Assembly (NCBI GenBank): GCA_951406725.2
Contig: OX597837.1
Location: 41,044,001 to 41,108,000 of the forward strand
Reading direction: 5' to 3'
Origin: Octopus vulgaris
Taxonomy: Eukaryota
DNA length: 64,000 nt
A model generated the notes under the pieces. It was given only the letters and a program-made list of their open reading frames with translations. It was not told the DNA's origin and made no database searches. The position numbers and the translations under genes were made by a program. Of the stretch, positions 1 to 14,415 are shown piece after piece (the first letter of the stretch is position 1; every line of letters starts with the position of its first letter).

Positions 1-87
1 TACATACATACATACATACATACATACATACATACATACATACATACATACATACATACATACATACATACATACATACATACATAA
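1..87. repeat. (TACA)n microsatellite
   Basis: Perfect tetranucleotide repeat from the window start. Confidence 0.98.
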
Positions 88-1490
88 TTGATGCAGAAAC
101 CTTCGCTATGGCATTAGGCAAACTATAGAATGGGAAGGCACCTGGAAGGGACCTAATAATTGGATATTGATACAAGAAACTGAAATTTTATAGAAACCAA
201 TTGATATGTATGTTCAAAAGGACTATGGCAGGTCAGCCTGATATACCACACTGGCTTGCTACAGCAAGGACAAATCTTGTTGCCAAAAATGAAATCACCG
301 AGATGGCAGGAAACCACAAACCCATTGCTTCCCTAAACATTATATACAAACTGTACACAAGTTACCTCAACCAATTCCTCCAGGACCATTGTGACTGATG
401 AACAGGCTGGTGGAAAGAAGAGAGTGTGGGGATGTGCCGAACAACTTTTAATAAACAAAGCTGTTCTGTCTGAAGTAAGAAAGCAACGCAGAAACCTTGT
501 GACAGTATGGCTTGACTGTAAGAAGGCATGCGTCTCTATCCTTCATCCAAGGCTGTTGAAGTGCCTACATCTGGCAAATGTGCCTACAACCTTAATTACT
601 GCTATAGAGAGACTGACAAAGACAAGGACAACTATTCTTGCTCTTACAACTGAGAACAGAATAATTGTTTCTGATAGTATAGGCATTTCAAATGGGATAT
701 TCCAGGGAGATAGTTTTTCTGTACTTTTTTTCATTTCGGCACTGAATCTATTATCGTTCTTACAGTAGAAAGCAAATGGTTACATGCTAGGATCTTCAAC
801 TGCTAGAAATATCAATAATTTAACTCATAATTTCTTTGTAGGCGGCACGGAAATTTCTGCTAAAATTGTTAACAATGCCAAAAACAACTGGAATTAATAC
901 GAACAGTTTCAGCTGATATAAGCATGGAATTTGGTCGAAAGAAATGTTCATATTTGGTTATAGAACGAGGTAAGTCCGTCCCCAAACCCAAAACCTGTGC
1001 ATCAACCGCCTCTCTATCTCCCCCATTCCACACAAAGAATGTTACAAGTACCTAAGCACAGACGAGAATGTATCATATGAAGGCGCTGAATAAAGATAGA
1101 GTGACTCGAGATTATTGCACCAGACTTAGGAAAATATGGCAGTCGGAACTCTCCTCTTACAACAAAACAATATCCCACAATGCATTTGCAGTACCAGTGC
1201 TGAACCCAACATTTGGGATACTTGATTGGTCTGTAGAGGAAATCCATTCCATAGATATCAAAACCCGCAAAATCCTGACAACAATTGGGAACTTCCACAG
1301 AAACAGTGATGTTGACAGGCTCTACCTGAAATGAAGGTGGTAGAGGCCCGAGATCAGTGCAGATGGCCTTCGAATGCCGTATGGTTATCTCTCAGGCAGC
1401 AACTGCTAAACAACAGCAGTAAAATAAATATATAAATGCAGTACTGAAAAGTGAAGTGGACAACATTGTACGAGTTGGCAGTGAAAGTCC
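88..1490 (+). mobile_element. Degenerate R4/Dong-clade non-LTR retrotransposon, reverse transcriptase fragment
   Basis: Motifs KAPGRDLI, QAGGKKRVWGCAEQLLINKAV, WLDCKKA, GIFQGDSFS, YKYL, DIKTRKILT and DVDRLYL are spread over several frames with stops and frameshifts. Confidence 0.88.
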
Positions 1491-1529
1491 TGGAGTAATA
1501 TTTGGGATAAGACAGTCAATCATAATGGA

Positions 1530-3529
1530 GATGCGGTGTGGCTGAAGAAAGTGAAGGAAGAAATAGTGAGTGAGAAGCATCCAGATATAAGATTAATTAG
1601 TGCATTAATGAGTAAAGTGTTAGGAAAAAATGCTGAATTGGAAGGGTCCAAAACCAGATTTAGTTCAAGGGCACTGGCTAAAGAAATTCAGTAGTTTACA
1701 TGGGAGATTGAGGGAACAACTTCAGGATTGCCTTAATGGAGGAATAATACCAGATTGGATGAATAGAGGGATGACAATACTCATTATGAAGATAAGTGCA
1801 AGGGTAACACAGCTAGTAACTATAGACCAATTACTTGCTTACCATTGGTGTGGAAGCTGTTGACAGGAATGCTTTCAGGAAGCATTTACAAACACCTTGA
1901 CAACCAGAAGTTACTACCAGAGAAACAGGAAGAAGGCTAGAAGAACGTATGATCTATTGTGTATAGACAAAGCAGTTCTAAAGGAAGTAAAAGCTAGAAA
2001 GAAAAATCTAACAATAGCATGGATGGATTATAGGAAAGCCTATGACATGATCCCACACTCATGGATAAATGAATGTTTGAGTATATTCAGTATAGCAGAC
2101 AGCATAAAAGAATTAATCAGCATGAAGAAATTGAAAGTAGATCTATACTCAAGTGACACGCTCTTAGGGAAAGTTAATATCAAAAGAGGAATTTTCCAGG
2201 AGGCCTCGTTGTCTTCTTTAATATTTATCATATGTTCTATACCCCTCAGTTTAGTATTAAGGAAGGCAAAGGCAGGGTATCAGTTCTGAAATAGTAATGG
2301 AAAAACTTAACCGTTTGCTCTACATGAATGATCTGAAGTTTTTTAGTAAGAATGAAAAAGAGACAGATTCCTTAATACAGACTGTAAGACTCTTCAGCAA
2401 AGATATAGAATGGAATTTGGCATAGATAAGTGTGCAATATTAGTCTTAAGAAAGAGGAGCAAGTAGTCAACAGCGAAGGCATCCAATTACCAGATGACCA
2501 GATATTACAATCATTGAAATATCAGTAGAAGACTGCATGGAGTTAGCTAGAGTAGATATAGACTCCTATGTAGGTAATGGTGAAGGAAGTTTATTAAAAG
2601 CTGCTAGAGTCACAGTAAGACATAGGGAAACCAAAACCTCGAACGAACTTAAAAACCATAAAAAAGAACAGAAATTATCTGAATGGCAGGAGAAGGTGTT
2701 GCATGGTAGATTCCCAAAGATAGTTGCAGCAAATAGTAGTAGGGAGACATGGTTATGGTTGCAGAAAGGAAAGCTGAAGTGTGACATAGAAAGATTGTTT
2801 GTAGCTGAACATGATCAAGCATTAAGGACTAATTGGATAAAAGCGAAGATAGACGAAAATCAAGCAGATTCCTAATGTAAATTATGTAAATCAAACGAGG
2901 AAAGTGTTACTGATATAGTAAGTGAATGTAGCATGCTAGCACAGAAAGAATACAAGAAATGACATGACAATTTAGGGAGAGCAAGCCACTGAGAGTTATG
3001 TAGAAAGCTAGGATTTGAACATACTGATAAATGGTATGAATATGAACCTAGTGAAGTACTAGAAAGTAAGAAATACAAAATGTTGTGAGACTTTAACATT
3101 CAGACTGGCGGAGTAATAGAAGTAGTAATTTAGTAGTATTGGATAAAGAGAGTAAAGTGCCAAATAGTTGACTTTACAGTCCCAAATGAAGAAAAGATGA
3201 AAATGAGAAGTACAGAAAAAAATAGCAAACTACCAGAACCTAGCTATTGAACTACTGAGACTATGGAAATGCGGGTAAAATGTACCCCAGTAGTTACAGG
3301 AGCATTGGGAACTATCCCTAAAGATCTGAACAGATGGATAGAAGAAATAGGCATAAAACCCAGTTTAGTACAGCTCCAAAAAACAGTGTTTTTAGGAAGA
3401 GCCAGGATACTTAGGAGAGTTCTTGGCATCTAAGGTTACTTGTTGTAACCCGATGTTAGGATTCTTTTTTTTTCCAACAGTCTAATCTGTTGAGTGAATA
3501 TGAAAATAATGATGATAATAATAATAATG

Positions 3530-3567
<38 letters not shown>

Positions 3568-3572
3568 TAATA
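1530..3572 (+). mobile_element. Second degenerate R4/Dong-clade element: RT, CCHC knuckle, restriction-like endonuclease, 3' UTR and (TAA)n tail
   Basis: NWKGPKPD, YRPITCLP, WMDYRKAYD, GIFQEASLS, LLYMNDLK, CKLCKSNEESVTDIVSEC, PVVTGALGT and LQKTVFLGRARILRRVLGI* (stop 3431-3433), followed by a TAA tail. An internal deletion near 2520 removes part of the thumb region. Confidence 0.9.
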
Positions 3573-3750
3573 AATTCAAAAGATAGTGCTCATGGGAACT
3601 GCTCATATCCTACGCAAAATACTCTCTATGTAATCCCAAGGTTTAAAACAAACTTTTTTTTATTTTTAATTTTTTTTTTTAAATTTTATTTTTATGTATT
3701 AGACATTCACTAGTACAACAGCAAAAGTCAAACATATAATAATAATAATA

Positions 3751-3829
<79 letters not shown>

Positions 3830-3836
3830 CAATAAC

Positions 3837-3898
<62 letters not shown>

Positions 3899-3919
3899 CA
3901 ACAATAATAATAATAATAA
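3573..3919 (+). mobile_element. Extremely 5'-truncated R4/Dong 3' end with long (TAA)n tail
   Basis: IQKIVLMGTAHILRKILSM* begins directly after a (TAA)n tract, then a UTR, then (TAA)n at 3738-3919. Confidence 0.8.
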
Positions 3920-3924
3920 AATCA

Positions 3925-4421
3925 CAGATTGGCAGAGTCGAAGACTGGCAAAATCCCCTGGTATATCTCTATCCAAATAGATCAGGTGCTAGAGCATAAG
4001 AGACCGGAACTGGTGCTGGTCGAGAAGATGCACCACATCTGCTATATAGTTGATGATATTGTAAGCCCCTTTGACTCATGGATAGTGAAAAAAGAAAGCG
4101 AAAAAATAAGGTAAATAAAACCCTCTTAAGTACGAAATAGCACAGCAATGAAAAACGAAAAATGTGAAGATAATTATTGTTGGATCCTTGGGAACCGTAT
4201 CAGAAGGCATCAAGGGGAATATCAAGGAAATTGGAATAGAGTGACCAGTAGAACTGTTGTTACAAAAGGTTTGCCTTCTTGGCACGGCCAGAATAATCAG
4301 GAAAGTATTAGAGAGCTGAAAAGAATGGATAGCATGGTACCGTACGCTGCAGGTAGTAAACCCACTATGCATGGAAGACTCCAGGAGTTCCAACAAAACC
4401 TGAGTTACAAAGAAATAATAA
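3925..4421 (+). mobile_element. R4/Dong endonuclease-domain 3' fragment
   Basis: KIPWYISIQIDQVLEHKRPELVLV, IIVGSLGTVS and LQKVCLLGTARIIRKVLES* match the C-terminus of RLE elements. Confidence 0.82.
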
Positions 4422-4616
4422 CGGGTTGCGGATCCGTGGAACAAGCTGCCAGACGAAATGGTGAAGATGCCGACGACCGCTTTGTTCAAAGCCTCCCTGG
4501 ACCTCAAGTGGCCTGAACTCTTTACATGAACACCACCCTGTACTTAACTCCATGTCCCCCTACATGGCCTTGCTATTTGCTTTTGAGCCAAATTAACTAA
4601 CTAACTAACTAACTAA
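4422..4616 (+). mobile_element. CR1/L2-like LINE extreme 3' end
   Basis: RVADPWNKLPDEMVKMPTTALFKASLD matches the WN.LP...FK..LD ORF2 terminus; short UTR and (TAAC)n tail follow. Confidence 0.75.
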
Positions 4617-4760
4617 TTATAATTGCTGTGTCTCAGGTTCGTTCCTATTCTTGGTAGAAATTATGTGGGTAGCGGGTTGCTATCTGTAACCTTAGGTACT
4701 CACAACAATAACATCGAAAAATACCTTAGGAATGAGAACCCAGGTTCGACATTTCCCCAA

Positions 4761-4806
4761 GACACCTGATGAAGGCTGGAGGGTATATCAGCCGAAACGT
4801 TGTGTT
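4761..4806 (+). ncRNA. Minimal type I hammerhead ribozyme (Penelope-like-element type)
   Basis: GACAC-CTGATGA-A-GGCTG(GAGGGTATAT)CAGCC-GAAA-CG-TT-GTGTT: intact core, 5-bp stem II, stem I GACAC/GTGTT, palindromic AACGTT in place of stem III. Confidence 0.75.
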
Positions 4807-5022
4807 AACAACAAACAAGATGAGGACAAATATCCGTCAAATGTAAATTATCTAAATAATATACATAGATATGCCGGGTGTTGTCCACCAGTGGTACCCG
4901 TATTGGATGGTATCCATCAGAAACGCCTGATCCCATAATGAGGGGCAGGGCATTAGGGGACATAGAATCCACCTTCATCAGACCAGTGTGCTTATTTCGT
5001 ATATTTCGTATATTACATAATT

Positions 5023-5410
5023 GTGGAGGCGCAATGGCCCAGTGGTTAGGGCAGCGGACTTGCGGTCATGGGATCGCGGTTTCGATTCCCAGACCGGGCG
5101 TTGTGAGTGTTTATTGAGCGAAAACACCTAAAGCTCCACGAGGCTCCGACGGGGGATGGTGGTGATCCCTGCTGTACTCTTTCACCACAACATTCTCTCA
5201 CTCTTACTTCCTGTTTTTGTTGTACCTGTATTTCAAAGGGCCGGCCTTGTCACTCTCTGTATCACGCTGAATATCCCCGAGAACTACGTTAAGGGTGCAC
5301 GTGTCTGTGGAGTGCTCAGCCACTTACACGTTAATTTCACGAGCAGGCTGTTCCGTTGATTCGGATCAACCGGAACCCTCATCGTCGTAACCGACGGAGT
5401 GCTTCCATCC
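5023..5410 (+). mobile_element. Full-length tRNA-derived SINE (octopus OK-type, family A) with 13-bp target site duplication
   Basis: Pol III A box TGGCCCAGTGG and B box GTTTCGATTCC; TSD ATATTACATAATT at 5010-5022 and 5411-5423. Confidence 0.9.
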
Positions 5411-5881
5411 ATATTACATAATTAATTCATGTGTGACACCAGCAAACGTTGCCTACCTCGAATATAATAATTCAGGAGAGCTATTTGGTATCTGCAGGTG
5501 CCAATGAGTGTCTCTAACGAGGGATACCAGCGAGGAGACATCTACCTGGTCAATGGACGTGCTAGAAACATCGACGAAATTACTTTTAAATTACACGAAA
5601 AATTACAAAGAAAATGAAAGGATATATAGTTGTTAGATAATATGGTCGTAGGTTCACTTTGATTGATAAAAAAAATGCGGGGAGCATCACGGCTGGAATC
5701 CCTTTGATCTTAGAAATGACTGATCAGGGCTCACTTGGGGTCCACGTCACAATAACACCTGCTGACAACTTTCTATATTTGTGTCTAATGAAAGATGAAT
5801 GGATTTTTTCCTGCAATATTCCTATGCACGCCCACTGAAGTGTATGTACGTGTGTATATATGTATATATACGTATATATAC

Positions 5882-5962
<81 letters not shown>

Positions 5963-6230
5963 CACATATATATGTATATATATATACATATATATATATA
6001 TACATATATATATGTATATATATATATATGTAATCATGCATATATACATGCTTAAACACTCACGTACATATGTACATATAGCTGCATGTGTCTATATATT
6101 TCTCTCTCCTTCTCTCTCTCTCTCTCTACATATATACATGTGCGTCTGTGCGCATGTGTAAGTATGTATGTATACATAAATACATATATGTATATATATG
6201 TGTATACATATATATGTATCTATATATATA

Positions 6231-6312
<82 letters not shown>

Positions 6313-6393
6313 TACACACATACATGCATGCATACATAGTGGCATCACTCGTTAATATATTCATACTTTATATTTAATAAACATTTGCATATA

Positions 6394-6500
<107 letters not shown>

Positions 6501-7186
6501 GTATATCAGTAATTTGTTGAACTGTAACTAAATATTCAACTACTAAACACTAAACACTAAACAGGCTCAGCAAACAAAAAAGAAAAAAGAAAAACTCACA
6601 CATGAAGAAATAAATATATATAAAATAAATACAAAATAACAGCAACAACAATAACAACAACAACATAAATAAATAAATAAATAAATAAATAAATACGCAG
6701 ACAAACAAACAAGCACTCGTACGAGCAACAAACAAAAAAATATTAAAAAAAAAAAAAGAAAAAAGAAACGAAAAAGGACACAAAAAACCACAACAGTCAA
6801 TCTGGTAACACAACGATTGATAAAGAAGATGGCGATGGACTGTTGCTGGTGTGGGTTTTTTTTTTCTTCTTTTTTTTCTTTCTTTGTTAACCCAGTTTTT
6901 TACAATGTTTAAAAACGAAAAAAAAAAACAATCAAATGAATAAATAAATAAATAAATAAAAACGGCATGGCGGATCGTAAAGCGCGTAGGGTGGTTGGCC
7001 GCACGGTTAACTAAAAGGCTTGTTATAAATATATATACATAGATATATAACATAGATTTATAAATATATATATATATATATATATGTATGTATATTTATA
7101 TATACACGTAAATATATACAAAAAGTTTATATATATGTAAAGTTATATACAAACACACACAACTATATATAAAGTTATATATTATA

Positions 7187-7250
<64 letters not shown>

Positions 7251-7324
7251 TATATATTATATATGTAAAGTTATATACAAACACACATACCTATATATAA
7301 AGTTATATATATATATAAATAAAG

Positions 7325-7361
<37 letters not shown>

Positions 7362-7421
7362 TATATATATATATATGTATATATATATTTATGCATGTGT
7401 GTTAACATTATTTCGTTTCAG

Positions 7422-7787
7422 GCGGCTGATGTCAGCGCTGCTCAAAGTCATCACCTGAAAAATCCTCACCGCTGATCAATAAACGCAACCATTTTATTGT
7501 GAGCAATGGACGTTAGTTTAGTAAGCCATGCTGGAACCTGTTAATGAAAGCGGTCAATATATTATTATTAGATTATATTGGATTCCATCGTGCGTTGCCC
7601 CTTCTGAGCAGGACAAGCCCAGCCATTCGCGCAGGATACGGATATATCATTTTTTCCCTTCGTTTTCTTCTTCACCTTCTTCTTTTATTTCTGTTACTTC
7701 GACCACTACACATCATCGTGCGGTTAGATTTTTACCTGTGAAGAGAGAGAAAAAAAAAAAGACAACGGTGCCCAAATTCAACTTCAG
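7422..7787 (+). other. Candidate exon (5' UTR or first coding exon)
   Basis: Unique sequence between microsatellites, bounded by acceptor tttcgtttcag and donor CAG|gtaaag. The ORF from GCCATG at 7528 stays open to the donor. No recognisable protein. Confidence 0.35.
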
Positions 7788-7805
7788 GTAAAGTTAACAT
7801 TTACG

Positions 7806-7836
<31 letters not shown>

Positions 7837-7857
7837 ATATATGTAAAACAGGATCTG

Positions 7858-7897
<40 letters not shown>

Positions 7898-8222
7898 CTT
7901 TGTGTAATGAGTCTGTGTTTGTGTTTGAAAGAAATTAATGTTGGTTTTGATATGCGACGAAGAAGGTTGGGCTAGGAGTCTAGACTTTGAAGTATGCGAG
8001 TAACAGCCCACAAACTGCGGAGTGTCTCCCACTCGGGGCGGAACTACGAGTATTCAATATGGAGTATAAAGTTATTTCAATTATATGCTCGAAATTGCGT
8101 TATCTTACAAAAGAACAAGCGCGCTGGGATGTTGACATATATATATATATATGCGTGTGTCTGATTATAAATATATATTGGTTTATAATAATTAAATACA
8201 CACACTAGTACACACACATAAT

Positions 8223-8666
8223 TGGCGATCTTTCGTCTCTAGTAGACCTTTCCGTCGATTTCCGTAAAAATTTTTTTTTTTTTACATATGGGCTTGCGGG
8301 AACTTTTGAAGTAATATACATACATATACACATACACCGAGTAAAAAAATTCAGTTATCTCTCTCTTTCACACATTACTCTGTCTGTCTCTTCGCACACA
8401 CTAACAGAAGCACTTCACTTACACAACATACTGTCTGTCTCCCACACCCCATCAAACACACACACACACACACGCACACACACACATGTCCATCAATGCT
8501 TCACATGCACGGTAACTTCAAAAGAACTTCCCTCGTCATACAATCGCTTTCTCTTAGTCTCTTTCGCTCTCATTACTTCAAAAGTTCCCGCAAGCCCATA
8601 TGTAAAAAAAAAAAAGTTTTTTTACGGAAATCGACGGAAAGCTCTACTACAAACGAAAGATTGCCA
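8223..8666. mobile_element. MITE with ~93-bp terminal inverted repeats
   Basis: 8223-8315 (TGGCGATCTTTCGTC...GGGAACTTTTGAAGTAAT) is the near-perfect reverse complement of 8572-8666; the interior is non-coding. Confidence 0.88.
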
Positions 8667-8678
8667 CATAATTATATA

Positions 8679-8724
<46 letters not shown>

Positions 8725-8885
8725 CATATATATATGCATATTGATCAGATTTTCGTATCTGTCTCACGTACTCTCTCTTCCTCATTCCTTCTCTCTCTCT
8801 CTCTCTCTCTCTCACCCACGCTTTCAATCTATATATAAATGCGCGCTCAGCAATCACAGACAAACCATTAACACATGTACGTACT

Positions 8886-8924
<39 letters not shown>

Positions 8925-9176
8925 GCAAACACGCAAACACACCAGCGGGTTCGTAGGCTCCTCTCGCTCATGGACGCTAATAGCTATGTCGTAAGATCTG
9001 TAGGCATTCGTCAATGGACGCAAAGAAAATAAGACATAAGTATGTATTTATGTATTTATATACGGATGTGTATGTGTATGTGTATTGTTTTGTACGAATG
9101 AATTATATATGCATGCATCTATGGATGTATTTGCCCGTCGAGGATATCAAATTCATTCACAAGCGATAAATATTCA

Positions 9177-9212
<36 letters not shown>

Positions 9213-9392
9213 TGTGAGTGTGTGTATATATCCGGGTGTCTATATATCTAAGTATATATTTGTAAATATATATATATATATATATATCTGTGTGTGTATG
9301 TGCATACATAGATGTATATATATACACACACACATGTAACTGGTCTACTTAACTATCAACAGATATCTAGCAATATATACATGCATACATAC

Positions 9393-9443
<51 letters not shown>

Positions 9444-9455
9444 TACATACATACA

Positions 9456-9488
<33 letters not shown>

Positions 9489-9658
9489 ATATAATAGTTC
9501 TTGCTATTGCGAGTAGGGTACACAGTTTCATGATGTCTAGTGTATGTATGATAGAGTTATGTTCAAATCAGTTTTGTCATTTGCATCAAGGCACATACAC
9601 GCGCCTTGTATGCCTTAGATTCACGCAGAAATTCACCGATGCATGTGTGTGTGTGTGT

Positions 9659-9738
<80 letters not shown>

Positions 9739-10013
9739 GGACACACATATATATTGTATGTATATTTTATAAGCAGATACATGCTTGGATCCATGTTTGC
9801 ATGTAAGTAGTTATATGTGTATACATATGCATATATACACCTATATACTTAACATAGCTATGCCTATATAATATATCCTATATGCATATAGTTATATGAA
9901 GCTATATATTTCTCTCTCTCTCTCTCTCCCTTTCTATAAATATGTGTATGTGAGTGTATGTCTGTGCTTGCGTGTATCTGTAACTGTGTAATATATGTGT
10001 ATATATATGCATG

Positions 10014-10047
<34 letters not shown>

Positions 10048-10305
10048 TGTATGTATGTATGTATGTATGTATGTATGTATGTATGTATGTATGTATGCAT
10101 GTATGTCTGTCTGTATGTATGTATGTATGTATATATGTATGAATGTATGTATGTATGTATGTATGTATATATGTATGAATGTATGTATGTATGTATGTAT
10201 GTATGTGTGTATGTATATATACATGTATGTATGTATGCATGTATGTATGTCTGTCTGTCTGTATGTATGTATGTATGTATGTATGTATATATGTATGTAT
10301 GTATG

Positions 10306-10339
<34 letters not shown>

Positions 10340-10869
10340 TGTATGTATGTATGTATGTATGTATATATTGCGCGTATGTACATACTATTATTTTGTGATT
10401 GTATGTTGCCGCTACCTGTCTGCATTTACGAATGCAGGTGCGCGTTACTGTAAAAGATTGTCAGCTACAACGTATGTGTCTGTAGGTCACTTCTGTAATG
10501 TCCTTTGATAAATACCCTACATACCCAGGGCTGTACGTGTATCTAGTATCTATCCAACCACCCCTATACTGCTCATTATGCGGTCGATAACATTTGTGCA
10601 ACTATCATTGCTACAAGCGACGAACATGCTAACTCGAGTTTCTGTCACGTGTAATCTAATCTCTCGGAAATCGTATCGTAGCCACTTAAACAGGGATAAA
10701 TATGCGACAGGATGGTCGCCGCTGGAACGCTTCGTCTTTGGCTAAAGAATAACAACAGTGATATTGAACATCCTCTTCAATGTTTCCTGTTTCTTTCGAT
10801 GAAGTCTGATGCCACGAAGTCAAAAACTATATACGGAAAAAAAACATATTTTGATATGAATGTGTGTGT

Positions 10870-10958
<89 letters not shown>

Positions 10959-11211
10959 GCGTGCGTGTATTTTATGTATGAGTCTACATATGTGCCTGCA
11001 TGAGTGTGTATGTGTAAATAGATAGTTAGATAGTTAGATATATGTATACATACATATATATATGTGTGTGTGTGTGTGTATCGATAACTATATATATATA
11101 TATATATATACATGCATATACATAGATATATATGTATGCATGCTCGTTATGTATTCATATGTATGTCTATTTCCACATGTATATGTATCTATCTATCTGT
11201 CTATTTATCTC

Positions 11212-11279
<68 letters not shown>

Positions 11280-11429
11280 TAATGAAATGGATAAATGAAT
11301 TATCTTGTTACGGATTATTCAAATTATAACCGATACCTGTGTAGCAAAAATCACAACAGAAAAATCACGGTTGAGGTTACGACCATGGGGTATCGCAACC
11401 GTGCCTTCGTGCGGATAATTGAAGTTTTA

Positions 11430-11491
<62 letters not shown>

Positions 11492-12334
11492 AAATATATA
11501 TTTACATATGTATATATATATATTTATATATGTGTGTGTACCTGTCTATCTGTCTTTATATCTATCTAATTTATCGATACGTATTCAGACATAGAGTATA
11601 TATATATAAGAGTGTGTTGGCGTATAATAAGTGCCAATGAAGGTATGAATATGTGTATGTGTGTGTGTGTGTGTGCGTGTTCGTGTGTAACTATACGCAC
11701 ACAGACAGAGGCACAAGCATATTTATACACGCATACGATTGTACGTGATAAACGTAAGCATAATTTTGCAGGTATATATGTACATACAACGTGAGTATAC
11801 GTGCATACAACGAAAGATAAACGCCTTCAAATTCATAAATATAATCAAACAAAAATAAACTATATCTACAGACATACACATAAACTGATACACAAAAACA
11901 CACATACACACACATACATATATATACACCCTCATGTATGAATATTCCAAACAAAATGGGCGAGATTTGTGAGATTCGGATAAATGCGTGTATACAATTG
12001 ATCAATGCTATATTGTGAAATATTAAAATATTGCTTTCTATTCAATGACAGGGTGGTTGTGTATACCGGTGTGAAGGTGGGGTGTCTGAGCGTGTGTATG
12101 TCTGATTCTGTACGTGCTAATATTGAAATGTATGTATCTATAGTTTATATATATATGTAGGTATGCATGCATGTATGTATGTACGTAAATATACACATAT
12201 ATATGTATATATGTATATAAATATATATAAGTGTATATATATATATTTATATATTTATATATACATACATATATAGGTATATATAAGTATATATGATGAA
12301 ACATGTATACAAACATATATGCATATATAGAGAG

Positions 12335-12390
<56 letters not shown>

Positions 12391-12462
12391 GTATGTGTGT
12401 CTGAGTCTGTGTGTTTGTATGTATATATATATTTAACCAAATATATATATATATATGAATAT

Positions 12463-12540
<78 letters not shown>

Positions 12541-12722
12541 GAATACATATATACAAACATACATACAATTACAATGTATATATTATTTATATATAGTGTA
12601 TGTGTGTGTAGGTATGTATATATATACATATTTAGACATATGATTGATTGATTGATTCTAGTTTCAGCTGATGAGCTGTGGCCATGCTGGGGCACCGCCA
12701 CATGTATATATACATGTATACA

Positions 12723-12772
<50 letters not shown>

Positions 12773-12852
12773 CATATATATAAATATGTATATACAGACA
12801 ACTATATTAATACATTGAGGTATATGTTACATAACTATGTATATAGATAAAG

Positions 12853-12883
<31 letters not shown>

Positions 12884-13458
12884 AATACACCCACATGTGT
12901 ATACATATATATATACATACATATATATTATATACATGCATACATACATACATATATATATATATACGTACATACCCAAATATTTATTATACTTGTATAT
13001 GCATATTTATGTACATTTATATGTAACTACAAGCATATATGCATATGTGTGCGTGAGTGTTTGTGTGTCTGTATGCATATATGTATGTATGTAAGTATGC
13101 ATGGACACACACACACACACACACCATTCACATACCATACTCCCACCCACCCTCCCACCCCTTACGTATCGGTTTATCAGAATACTGCTAGTCAATGCAC
13201 AAAATCCGCCATGCATATTTTTCCTCATTCGCCTCCCCCCCACCTCACTCTAATCCTCTTCACACTCTTCCTCACACTTCCCTCTCACTCTCACCCACAT
13301 TTCTCCCTCATAACCAGACTACCTCTCTGTCTCTACCTCTGTCTCTCTTCCTCCTCTCTCTCTCTCCCTCTCTCCCTGTTCATCTATTTTCCAACATATA
13401 CATATATACATACATATCTAGATTCATACATACCTACATACATATGTATATATATGTG

Positions 13459-13625
<167 letters not shown>

Positions 13626-13629
13626 CGTA

Positions 13630-13688
<59 letters not shown>

Positions 13689-13748
13689 ACATATATATAC
13701 TTATAAATTTATAAATATATATATATCTATATATATATATCTATATGC

Positions 13749-13784
<36 letters not shown>

Positions 13785-14058
13785 GTATGTATGTATGTAT
13801 ATTTACACGTATGTGTGTGGTGTACATGGGCATGTATACATATGGTATGAGCTTTTTCTCTTCTGCACAGAGCCGTGTGACATCCTCGTGGTTTAGAAAC
13901 CCCCATTTGCATAAGGTTTTGTCTGTTTTTGAAATACTTTTCGGTGGCTGATAAAAGAAAATTGTTGCATGAATCGACAGGAAATTTGATGGCGATAAAG
14001 TATTAGATACACACGCATACAGACATACATACATATATATATATACATACATACATAC

Positions 14059-14122
<64 letters not shown>

Positions 14123-14373
14123 ATATATATGCATACATACATACTTATATACGTAGATGCTCATGTACGTATTACATATACAAAATGTATTCATGTGTGT
14201 ATATATGTGTATGTATCTATATATACATATGTATATACATATATATAGTTACATTCAAAATTATACATTCATATATTGATACATATGTATAAGTATATTT
14301 ATAACTATATATATGTATATGCATGTGTGGATATATATCTATTTATATATATATATAATATATATATTATTAT

Positions 14374-14415
<42 letters not shown>

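Noticed and set aside
4940-4990. Minus-strand CTGATGAAGGTGGA...TCCCC hammerhead-like start
   Set aside because: No GAAA follows the putative stem II.
5023-5100. tRNA gene-like sequence (also at 25469, 38520 and 54430)
   Set aside because: These are SINE heads that continue into SINE bodies, two with TSDs, and lack a proper acceptor stem and terminator.
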